Positions 48,801 to 56,678 of a DNA stretch of 64,000 nucleotides are shown here, piece by piece; position 1 is the stretch's first letter; each line of letters begins with the position of its first letter. The DNA is from Syntrophomonadales bacterium (lineage in GTDB: Bacteria > Bacillota > Syntrophomonadia > Syntrophomonadales > DTU052). Under the pieces are notes generated by a model that did no database searches, had not been told where the DNA came from, and saw only the letters and a list, made by a program, of their open reading frames with translations. The position numbers and the translations under genes were made by a program. Location of the stretch: positions 80,394 to 144,393 of the forward strand of contig JBMNJO010000025.1 in NCBI GenBank assembly GCA_050951725.1. The letters are read 5' to 3'.

Positions 48801-49159
48801 ACATAGCCAAAAAATACGGAAATATGCGTTTTAAGGAGGATATCTGGCGTGAGATGTTTGAGCAAGCCAACCGGGATGAGAAAAATAACGATTGTCCCGA
48901 ACTGGTACCCTTCTGGTGCTTGCCCGGCGATACATCGGTTAAGATTGAACGGATAGTACCCATGTATCCTCTGAGCAAAGATCAAGTAAAATATGACCGG
49001 TTGATCAAGATACTCTCCCTCTACCGCCTGAGCCTGGGACAGGCCCGGCAGGAGGAACTGCTTGAATATGTATTGAGCATTGATATGGACAAGGAGCAGA
49101 TCCGAAAACTGTTTATCAATCTAAGTCCGTGGGTTAGGGAACGGAACGGATCCAGCTAA
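45857..49159 (+). CDS. SF2 helicase, SNF2/RapA-like, 1100 aa with a large insertion and a C-terminal extension
   Basis: It has motif I ADEVGLGKTLIA, motif II MDEFQRF, motif III LLLSATPYK and motifs V/VI TTSIGQEGLDFH...QREGRINRY. Its start overlaps the upstream stop (TAATG). Confidence 0.9.
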   Translation: MSDLAVRERQILSGLKDFQRATVERIFTLLTSGRNRVLVADEVGLGKTLIARGVIAKTALYHQQSLRDNLFKVVYVCSNQSIAGQNLARLRIQNTDRIESLTDTRLSMQHLKIFEDEITAVERNSYLQLIPLTPGTSFNITGSSGSVQERALIFAILSRHKELAGYRQALELLMMGNAEKSWRTWVRDLYEKRVRDCERASDGRYLQTVLTNIDRYFETDDDLLPDLLDLCKRITSLRKKQDDSNQMIYRLRRMMAEISVGLIDADLVIMDEFQRFPELIRTDTDDEAAMLARRFFNADKRDNQKVKVLLLSATPYKLYSTLEEINESGIDEHYREFMQVIDFLFESNPTLKQQFRQVWSNYSVSLRELETQEITILSARKNQAENALYQGICRTERLSVPGAEKLVDIETAKCALEISEKDVLSYMEAYQLLQELGLNEYVPVEYVKSAPYIFSFMEHYKLKTKVFDYFKKNPNRISAARKPELWINENLIARYEKLPDTNARLKSLKEEALPPGAEHLIWIPPSKTYYEPGGPYSKIKDFSKILVFSSWEMVPRAIAAVLSYEAERLTVGKLVRKTDNPKGENRSYFPPRKKVRFPAPRLKFTVRDGQPVNMNLMGLLYPCVTLARLYNPIDCLNAKFTRREIEAQLRSRIEKMLEAITFKPKHDEIGHDERWYSVAPVLFDRNEATIREWLNGGEYIWNPKTDESEGNEPEDDNNALDQHFAALNCILDDADNLVLGRKPRDLVDVLVAMAMASPAVCAMRLFGTEQENSPRLSVRLAKTLINRFNSQEATSIVELCYGDKDPHWKSVLRYCVDGNLQAVLDEYAHMLVDDNGLWHVDRNKRSEVLCERMNTAFTTHTASYNVDTYRKFRERMKKAKTHGSGRQQDEPRFIKMRSGYAAGFYDMKGADKGLQRKESLRLAFNSPFRPFVLATTSIGQEGLDFHFYCRKIVHWNLPSNPIDLEQREGRINRYKCLAIRQNIAKKYGNMRFKEDIWREMFEQANRDEKNNDCPELVPFWCLPGDTSVKIERIVPMYPLSKDQVKYDRLIKILSLYRLSLGQARQEELLEYVLSIDMDKEQIRKLFINLSPWVRERNGSS

Positions 49160-49404
49160 GTTTATGTGTAAGGTTGCTCTGGTTATTTGGATGCCTTCAA
49201 TAAGGATTCGTTTAACCCACAATTTGGAGAATTACGAAGAAAATATCCTTGGGGTAATTTGCTATTGTTTATTAAAACGGGTCTGTCAGGGCTAACGATG
49301 ATGTAATCGGTTGGCCCAAAAACGCAAAAAAGATGAGGACTGAGAAAAGCAGCGGCCTACTAGCCGCTAGTTCATGCTATTATCAACCGAAGGGAGGGTT
49401 CACC

Positions 49405-49914
49405 ATGCCGTTAAAAATAGTCCGCAATGACATTACCAAGATGGAGGTTGACTCCATCGTCAACGCGGCGAACACTGCGCTGAGAATGGGTGGAGGGGTA
49501 TGCGGTGCGATCTTTTCAGCCGCCGGGGCTGATGAACTGCAGGCGGAATGCAACCGCATTGGAGGGTGCAATGTTGGTGAAGCCGTTATAACCGGCGGCT
49601 ATCGCCTGCTAGCCAAGTACGTTATACATACGGTTGGTCCCATATGGCGGGGCGGCAGTTCGGGCGAAGCCAAGCTGTTACATAATGCCTATACCAACTC
49701 CTTGCAACTGGCTTTGCAGTATAAATGTGAATCGATTGCTTTTCCGCTGATCTCATCGGGGATTTATGGGTACCCCAAAGACGAGGCACTGCAGATTGCC
49801 ATTGCAGCCATCGGTGAGTTCCTGCTAAGTCACGATATGCTGGTTTATCTGGTCGTCTATGATGAAGAGACTTATATCTTGAGCAAAAGACTGCTTTCTG
49901 ACATTGAACGATAA
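49405..49914 (+). CDS. macro-domain protein (ADP-ribose binding / O-acetyl-ADP-ribose deacetylase type)
   Basis: It reads IVRNDITKMEVDSIVNAAN...GGGVCGAIF...AFPLISSGIYGYP. The SD is GAAGGGAGGG. Confidence 0.85.
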   Translation: MPLKIVRNDITKMEVDSIVNAANTALRMGGGVCGAIFSAAGADELQAECNRIGGCNVGEAVITGGYRLLAKYVIHTVGPIWRGGSSGEAKLLHNAYTNSLQLALQYKCESIAFPLISSGIYGYPKDEALQIAIAAIGEFLLSHDMLVYLVVYDEETYILSKRLLSDIER

Positions 49915-50007
49915 TTGATTGACTACTTCATTACAGAGGGCAATTACAGTATCTTTGAAATAAACGAAGCCTTGTTTGCGTTTGACCAGGTTCTGCTGGG
50001 GGCTTGA
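49915..50007 (+). pseudogene. orphan in-frame C-terminal remnant of a longer macro-domain protein
   Basis: After the TAA at 49912-49914 the same frame continues LIDYFITEGNYSIFEINEALFAFDQVLLGA*. This resembles the C-terminal tail I recall in longer Firmicutes macro-domain proteins. Confidence 0.45.
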
Positions 50008-50013
50008 TTTGTC

Positions 50014-50040
50014 GCCCGGCAGGCGACTATCCTGCCGGGC
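50014..50040 (+). terminator. 10-bp GC hairpin
   Basis: GCCCGGCAGG-cgactat-CCTGCCGGGC. The T tract is poor. Confidence 0.45.
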
Positions 50041-50283
50041 TGAATTGTTATCCCCTCAAACAGCACCGCAGGTCCCAGTCAACCTGTGGATGCTGTCGAT
50101 TTCCTTCTTTTCGGCGCCGACTGCCGCGTATTGTATCATTGGCAGGCCATTAGTGGTAAACTTTTTCGTTGACATTCAGACGTATATTACGAGTCTGAAA
50201 GTTTTGTGCATGGTATAATTACTTTATAGAATTCCCACTAATAAGATAATTGGCACGTCTTAATAATGGAGAGGGGGATGGGT

Positions 50284-51999
50284 ATGAGCTTGTTATTGAA
50301 TCCCAAGAAGTACCGTGACCGGAACTACCCTGATGAGCGATCCAAAGAAATCATGCTGAAGATGATCGACTGGTTTGAAGCCAAAGGACTGGCCAGGCAG
50401 AAAGAGCAGTATCATGCGCGTGAGTTCTGTGAAGATTTCCAGAAGTTCGTGACCGAGGAGGGGTTCTTCGAGACGCTTTTCCTTCCCAAGGGATATGGTT
50501 CTGATCCCAACCAGTATTACAGCACCTACCGGATGTATGAGTTTTCGGAGATATGCGGGTTTTACGGCGCCGCCTACTGGTACACCTTCCATGTGTCAAC
50601 CCTGGGTCTGGACCCGGTTTTCCTGGGGGATAACGAGGAGGCCAAACACAAGGCTGCTGCCAGGTTAAAGGATAATGCCCTCTGCGCCTTTGGCCTATCG
50701 GAAAAGGAACATGGTGCGGACATCTATTCCTCAGAGATGAAACTCTACCCGCAGGCTGACGGGACCTACCTTGCTAACGGCACCAAATACTACATAGGAA
50801 ACGGCAATGTTGCCAGCACTATAACGGTATTCGGCAAGATTGACGGCACTGATGAGTATGTGTTCTTTGTGGTTGACTCGGCTCATCCGAATTATGAGTG
50901 TGTTAAGAACATAATAGACAGCAACCAGCAGTATGTGGCGGAGTTTGCGCTGCATGACTATCCAATCACCGAGGCTGATATCCTCTCCCGGGGGCAGAAA
51001 GCCTGGGACGATATGCTGAACACCATCAATATCTGCAAGTTCAACATTGGTTCCGGTGCCACCGGCATTGTTACCCACTCATTTTATGAGGCCTTGAACC
51101 ATGCTTATCACCGGAAGCTTTACGGCAAGAGAGTCACCGATTTCGCCCACGTAAAGCGGCTCTTTACTGATGCCTGGTTGCGGATCATGGGGATGAAGCT
51201 GTTCGGCCTCCGGGCTACCGACTACATGCGGGTGGCGAGTGAGAATGACAAGCGGTATCTCCTCTATAACCCGATCATGAAGATGAAGGTGGCTATGCAG
51301 GGAGAGAAGGTCCATGAGCACCTCTTCGATATTATTGCCGCCAAGGGTTTTGAAAAGGACACCTATTTCGAGCAGGCGGTGGTGGAACTGGTTGGCTTCC
51401 CGAAGCTTGAAGGAACCCGCCATGTGAATATGGCCCTGATTATCAAGCTGATTCCGAGCTATATGTTTATGCCGGCTGAGTTCGAGGAGGTTGGCAGGAT
51501 CACGGATAATCGGAACGAAGACTTCCTGTTCCGCCAGGGCCGGACCCGGGGTTATGCCAAGACCAAGTTCCATGACTATAATATTGCTTATAACACGGTG
51601 GCTCACCTGCCGAATGTTAAGGTGTTCCTGGAGCAGATTGCGGCCTACAAGGAGTATCTAATGGTATCGGGACCGGGGCTTGCCAATCAGCTCAAGGATT
51701 TCGATTACCTCCTGGCGGTAGGAGAGCTGTTTACCATGGTGGCGTATGGCCAGCTGATCATTGAGAGCGCCCGGATTGAGGAGGTTAGCGATGAGATCCT
51801 GAACCAGATGTTTGACCTGTTCATCCGGGACTTCTCTGCTTATGCGGTGGAGCTATACGGGAAACCGATCAACACCGATACGCAGCTTGCCAAGATCATG
51901 CAGATGATCAAGCGGCCGGTTCCCAACCAGGCGGAATTTAAAAAGGTACTGAATGAAGAGGTCTACAGCCTGGTTGATGTTTATATTCAGAATCCCTAA
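50284..51999 (+). CDS. acyl-CoA dehydrogenase family protein (long form)
   Basis: It has GLSEKEHGADIYSSEMKL...DGTYLANGTKYYIGNGN (ACAD middle-domain pattern). The SD is GGAGAGGGGG, and a TGgTATAAT extended -10 lies at about 50205-50219. Confidence 0.75.
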   Translation: MSLLLNPKKYRDRNYPDERSKEIMLKMIDWFEAKGLARQKEQYHAREFCEDFQKFVTEEGFFETLFLPKGYGSDPNQYYSTYRMYEFSEICGFYGAAYWYTFHVSTLGLDPVFLGDNEEAKHKAAARLKDNALCAFGLSEKEHGADIYSSEMKLYPQADGTYLANGTKYYIGNGNVASTITVFGKIDGTDEYVFFVVDSAHPNYECVKNIIDSNQQYVAEFALHDYPITEADILSRGQKAWDDMLNTINICKFNIGSGATGIVTHSFYEALNHAYHRKLYGKRVTDFAHVKRLFTDAWLRIMGMKLFGLRATDYMRVASENDKRYLLYNPIMKMKVAMQGEKVHEHLFDIIAAKGFEKDTYFEQAVVELVGFPKLEGTRHVNMALIIKLIPSYMFMPAEFEEVGRITDNRNEDFLFRQGRTRGYAKTKFHDYNIAYNTVAHLPNVKVFLEQIAAYKEYLMVSGPGLANQLKDFDYLLAVGELFTMVAYGQLIIESARIEEVSDEILNQMFDLFIRDFSAYAVELYGKPINTDTQLAKIMQMIKRPVPNQAEFKKVLNEEVYSLVDVYIQNP

Positions 52000-52073
52000 A
52001 GGGGACGGACAATATTTTCCGTATGACATTCCTGCAGATAAGGCTTAGAGTAAAGATGTAGGAGGTGGATACG

Positions 52074-52499
52074 GTGAAGAAGAAATTGCCTATTTTGGTT
52101 GTTCTGGTCTTCCTGATCGGAATCATGGCTACTACAGTTTTTGCTTATCCAACGAACGATGGGTCACAAGCAAATTACAATAACGATCAGTGGTCCTGTA
52201 CTTCGCTGGCAGTTGCACCACCGGCGACCCCGGTTGAGGCTGTGGTCGACCAACCGGCAGACCCAGTGACTCAGACCACTGTCACTGATGAGGCCAACGC
52301 TCCCCAGGGTGCAGTAAATCAGGCAATCGGGAGTTATTGCTGGTGTGAAGGGAATCCGGCGTCATGTGTCTGCGATAACACCAGGCAGATGAACTGTGAT
52401 CAGTGCCCACAGTATATGAAGCACAGAAATTATGACAACAACTGTGACCGGATGCAGGCATCCAACCATAACCGGCATCGCAACGGTCACCACCGCTAA
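52074..52499 (+). CDS. secreted Cys/His-rich small protein
   Basis: The signal peptide is KKKLPILVVLVFLIGIMATTVFA. The C-terminal half is Cys-rich and ends in the His-rich tail HNRHRNGHHR. GTG 52074 follows GGAGG. Confidence 0.5.
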   Translation: MKKKLPILVVLVFLIGIMATTVFAYPTNDGSQANYNNDQWSCTSLAVAPPATPVEAVVDQPADPVTQTTVTDEANAPQGAVNQAIGSYCWCEGNPASCVCDNTRQMNCDQCPQYMKHRNYDNNCDRMQASNHNRHRNGHHR

Positions 52500-52522
52500 G
52501 GGAAGCAGTAAGCTGTATATAT

Positions 52523-52556
52523 AAAGGCAGTCGGCAAAATGGCTGCCTTTTTATTT
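52523..52556 (+). terminator. intrinsic terminator
   Basis: AAAGGCAG...CTGCCTTT followed by TTATTT. Confidence 0.75.
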
Positions 52557-53016
52557 GCCTGCCCAAAAACTTACCCGCCATATGTTCTTATCTATATTGA
52601 ACTCTGATTCCCCTGCGAAAACCTCAAACTTACGAGTTATTACTTTTCACAGGGAAATCAACTTTGCAAACAAGGAACTAACATCATGCAAATGGAATCC
52701 TAACAAACGAAACCTTAAAAACACACCAAACCCCCGTTAGACCTGGGTTTTCCACAATCTTACATTCCCGAAATTTGCATACAAATCAAACACACCGCAA
52801 ACGTTTCCCAAACAATGCCCATGTTATGCTCGGGGTGCGACCCGCTGAACCGACAAAGGTGGTGGTCCCTGATGGTATTAGGTGCGGCGTTTCTTGCCCC
52901 AGGGTTACGACCGGCAGGTGCCAAATGAAGAGGGGCATCTGTTTGAAGGACCCGCTTGCAGGGGAAGAGACGTCGGGATAGTGGAGGCGGATGCCGGCAT
53001 AAAGGAGGGAACGAAG

Positions 53017-53982
53017 CTGCTTAACTATTTTAACGAGATGACTGCCTTTTACGAGCAAGACTGGCCCAACAGGCTCAACAGTTCATCAAGCATGCTGTAT
53101 ATGCTCCTGCTCCATATGGGCAACAAGCTGTTTTGGGAAGAGGGGTTCGAGGTCTCCAGCAAGGTGCTGCGCGCGAAGGCCGGGATCAGTGACCGTAAGA
53201 CCCTGGACCGGGCGCGGGCTTTGTTGGTGGAAAAGGGACTCATACTGTATACCCCGACTCAACCGGCCAAAGGGCTGGGCAAATATACCATTGTGGGATT
53301 GGCATCCCCAAAGGGCGGACCCCGCCGCCGGATGCCTAACTCGGGAAAGGATGATCACTGCCGATCAAGTCATGAATCCTGTGATGAGGCTGCACCGGAT
53401 CTGGAAAACACAGACACCTCAGCAGTAGGGCCGAACCCGGGGGACAAATCCCCGTATAGTTACCCGGGGGCGGAGGCGGGAGATGTGCTGTGGAATAAAT
53501 CCCCGGTGGTGAGTCTTTATCCCGGGAATAATTCCCCGCACGGTGACCGGACTAATGCCCCAAAACCCCGATTTGGCGTGGGTTCCAGGCCGTCCATAAA
53601 AAAACAAAACTATAAACATACTAAACACTCGTCTGCTAACGCAAACGAGACCAGTGACGATTCTGTAAGCAGCCGGGAGTTGATCAGGGAACTGGTACAG
53701 AACTTCCGGAGCATTGAAGGGATTACGTCCGCGAAAGGGGATTACCCGTTTATTGGCTGCCTGTACAATGAGTTTGGTTTCGAGGGGGTCCTTTCAGCCA
53801 TCCATGAGTTGGCAATGGCTGCCGCAACAGCCAAGATTGAGAAACCCTTGATCTACCTCAAGTCAATTCTCGTGAAACGAAGATCCGGATTTTATGGGAC
53901 AGGTTTTATTTCCTATGCTGCACAGTTGAGAGAGGAGGTTGATCCGGTTGAACGTTACCGATATGACAGATATGAAGGTTGA
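53017..53982 (+). CDS. DnaD-domain / phage replisome-organizer-like replication protein
   Basis: The ORF is open from 52882. It has an N-terminal winged-helix-like LYMLLLHMGNKLF...AGISDRKTLDRARALLVEKGLILY and a C-terminal DnaD-like FIGCLYNEFGFEGVLSAIHE. The start is uncertain: CTG 53017 lies 7 nt after the SD AAAGGAGGG, or ATG 53038. Confidence 0.6.
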   Translation: MLNYFNEMTAFYEQDWPNRLNSSSSMLYMLLLHMGNKLFWEEGFEVSSKVLRAKAGISDRKTLDRARALLVEKGLILYTPTQPAKGLGKYTIVGLASPKGGPRRRMPNSGKDDHCRSSHESCDEAAPDLENTDTSAVGPNPGDKSPYSYPGAEAGDVLWNKSPVVSLYPGNNSPHGDRTNAPKPRFGVGSRPSIKKQNYKHTKHSSANANETSDDSVSSRELIRELVQNFRSIEGITSAKGDYPFIGCLYNEFGFEGVLSAIHELAMAAATAKIEKPLIYLKSILVKRRSGFYGTGFISYAAQLREEVDPVERYRYDRYEG

Positions 53983-54829
53983 AAACGGCCTGATTGACAC
54001 CTGGAATTTTGATGATAAAGGACAGGTACATGATTCGGGACCCGAGGCACTGCCTGAGCTTCCTCCCGATTATGAGTTGGTTCGTCAGTACATAAGATGC
54101 TGCCCGGATTGCGGCCGGGAGATTCGTGAGCGTACCTCCATCAGTCCGGAAAGGATTTTGATCATGGAAAGGTCGCGCTGCCGGTGTGCTCCAGAGCCTG
54201 TGGAGGATGAGCTGGAACGGGTGGCCAGGAAGCAGAAGGAACTGGACCGGTTTTTCGGCGATTTGAACCTGGCGAAATCACCAGGGCCGGATCTTGCTGA
54301 GTTAGCGCCCCGCCACGGGCAGGAGGAGGCTCAAAAGATGGCGCAAGTATTTCTGGAGTCGAGTGTCACGGGTAAGAGCCTGCTGCTGAACGGACCTCCC
54401 GGACGCGGCAAGACAGAGGTGGCCCTGGCCATGGCCCGTTCTGCCAGCGCCGACCGGACAGTAGTCTGTATCAAGTCCATCGACCTGCTGGACCGTATCC
54501 GGCGCTCACTCTGGCAGGAGGATAAAAAGATTGAGCTGCTAGGAATCCTGCGCACTGTAAACCTGCTGATTATCGACGATATCGGGGTGGAGAAGGCCAC
54601 TGAATGGGTACTGGCTACCCTCTATGCCATCATCGACCATCGTTATGGCCACCGGGATACGGTGTTCACCACCAATCTGACAGGGAAGGAGATGAGTTCC
54701 CGCCTCGGTCCGGCCTTAACCTCCCGTATCTACGGTTCGCGGGTGGTAACCTTGGCCGGTCCGGACTGGCGAATCAGAAGCCGCCAGCGGATCTCGGCGG
54801 AATGGACCCGGGACGAGGACAAGTGGTGA
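53939..54829 (+). CDS. DnaC/IstB-like AAA+ helicase loader
   Basis: It has Walker A NGPPGRGKTEVA and Walker B LLIIDDIG, plus an N-terminal CCPDCG...CRC zinc-ribbon-like motif. The start is uncertain. Confidence 0.8.
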   Translation: MIRLNVTDMTDMKVENGLIDTWNFDDKGQVHDSGPEALPELPPDYELVRQYIRCCPDCGREIRERTSISPERILIMERSRCRCAPEPVEDELERVARKQKELDRFFGDLNLAKSPGPDLAELAPRHGQEEAQKMAQVFLESSVTGKSLLLNGPPGRGKTEVALAMARSASADRTVVCIKSIDLLDRIRRSLWQEDKKIELLGILRTVNLLIIDDIGVEKATEWVLATLYAIIDHRYGHRDTVFTTNLTGKEMSSRLGPALTSRIYGSRVVTLAGPDWRIRSRQRISAEWTRDEDKW

Positions 54830-55410
54830 TTGTGACCTCTGAGATTCTGAATCCAGGAAATATCATTGGCCTCCGGAACGGCGATGTGTATTGCCGATCT
54901 GGGGGCATAATTTTCGGCTTTTATTGTCGGAGGCATCATTGTTCAAAACTAAACTCGTGCCTGTTAACAACCAGGGCCCAGTAAGGCAGTCTAAGCAGCA
55001 TGTATTGCAGTAATAGTAATTAAAAGGTTAAATAGGATTGTACACAGGTAAGAAATACGAGGGTAACCAAACCCTGCGGGGGGTAATTCCGTATGCCGAA
55101 GAAGAAAAAGCCACGCACAGCGAAGGTACGGGATATAAGTATATTCTATATGCGGACCCGGAAGGCGGGACCGCAGACGAGAAAGAAAAAGGAGACCAAA
55201 AAATTCAAACTTGACGATGAGATGTCAAAGTATTGATAAAGGTTCCAAGCTGTAACCAATGACATAAGAAAACGCCGGACGCAGTAAAATATAGCCCCGG
55301 ACTGCCTCCGCTTGCAAATTCAGAATAACAGAGTGATTATGAGTTTACATGCGGGAAGGTCGATAGGCAGAGTTTCATGAATTGCTGCTGGAGCTATGAA
55401 TGAGATTCGG

Positions 55411-56006
55411 TTATATCCGGCCATTTAGTTTATTAGATTTGAGTTGCACCTTAATGATTTCCAGGAAATGCTCTACCAGGTCGGGATCAAACCGCGTCCC
55501 GGCATTGGACCTCAGTTCTTCAATAGCTTCAAGAATGCTGCGCGCTTTCTTGTAGGGAAGGTGAGAAATCATGGCGTCATAACTGTCTACCACCCTGATA
55601 ATCCTGGCCAGCAACGGAATGTCGTCTCCTGCCAGGCCATCAGGATACCCCGTTCCATCATAGTTCTCATGGTGGTGCCTGATTATTGGCACTATTGATT
55701 GCAGCTGACTGACGGCCTTTACTATATCACTCCCCCATTGGGGGTTCTGCATAAGCTCTCCCCATTCCTCCTGGCTCAAAGAGTCCGCTTTATTAAGCAC
55801 CTCCCGGTCGATCTCAATCTTGCCTATATCATGTAGGAAAGCTGCATAGCTCAAAAGATTGATTTGGTCCTGAGGAACCTCAAGCCTGGAAATACCTGCT
55901 TTATAATCACACTACGAGCCGAAATCCTTAGAACATGGATACCTTTTGTATCTCTCTGACCAGGGGCGTTCTTCTTTCTGATGATGGTCGCAAAAATCGT
56001 TTTCAT
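55411..56006 (-). pseudogene. stand-alone HD-GYP domain protein with a 1-nt frameshift
   Basis: The downstream ORF has LHDIGK...HHENYDGTGYPDG. The upstream frame reads MKTIFATIIRKKNAPGQRDTKGIHVLRISARSVIIK. The two join if one A is added to the AAA run (plus-strand TTT at 55900-55902). Confidence 0.55.
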
Positions 56007-56095
56007 TGCCACGTTGGATTATCATGCATATAATGAGGGCAACATTATTAGAAATAATAACAGTGTCCGTTGGACCAGAATGAGAGTTTTTATTT

Positions 56096-56548
56096 ATGAA
56101 AAAGACTCCGTCTCAAATAACCCCCTGGATTCCGGTTATCCTGTGGATGATGCTGATTTTCTTTCTTTCCGCGCAGTCAGCCACAGAATCGGCAGGGCTC
56201 AGTACGAAGATCACCCAGGTATTTCTGGGGTTTATCAATCAGTTGGTTCCGGTTTTCGGATCCGGTGCGATGGATAATTCGTACCTGGACCATGTAGTGC
56301 GCAAGCTCGCTCATTTTTCGCTGTATATGGTCCTGGGATTTCTGTCAGCGCGGGCCCTGCAAAAAAACGGGATGACCGGATGGAGACCGTTGATTGTGGC
56401 AGTGCTGATTTGCGTGTTGTATGCGGTAACTGATGAGCTGCACCAGGTCTTCGTACCCGGCAGGAGTGGTCAAATCAGTGATGTGTTTATTGACAGCATG
56501 GGAGGATTTACAGGAGTTTTCTTGTTTGCTCCCGCAATGCGAAAATAG
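56096..56548 (+). CDS. VanZ-like membrane protein
   Basis: It has four TM segments and VRKLAHFSLY...TDELHQVFVPGRSGQISDVFIDSMG. Confidence 0.8.
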   Translation: MKKTPSQITPWIPVILWMMLIFFLSAQSATESAGLSTKITQVFLGFINQLVPVFGSGAMDNSYLDHVVRKLAHFSLYMVLGFLSARALQKNGMTGWRPLIVAVLICVLYAVTDELHQVFVPGRSGQISDVFIDSMGGFTGVFLFAPAMRK

Positions 56549-56678
56549 GCTGCTCTATGCTTGACAAGTGCCGGGGATGAAAAAGGAGTGTTTTCCCAGT
56601 GCAGAACACTCCTTTTCTCTCCCCGTTGTCCGGGAGAGTCACGTTGCCCCCGTCCAGCCGACCGGACGGGGCACATCC

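Noticed and set aside
42851-49159. Classification of the operon as DISARM, BREX or a classical restriction-modification system.
   Set aside because: There is no methyltransferase, DrmA/DrmB (DUF1998), PglZ/PglX or specificity subunit in or beside the operon. Only the PLD + SNF2 pairing is shared with DISARM.
55093-55236. A 47-aa K/R-rich ORF (MPKKKKPRTAKVRD...) after the DnaC-like gene.
   Set aside because: It is plausible as a small phage gene, but it is supported only by an open frame and a G-rich SD-like run. It is mentioned under the replication-module finding and not called as a feature.
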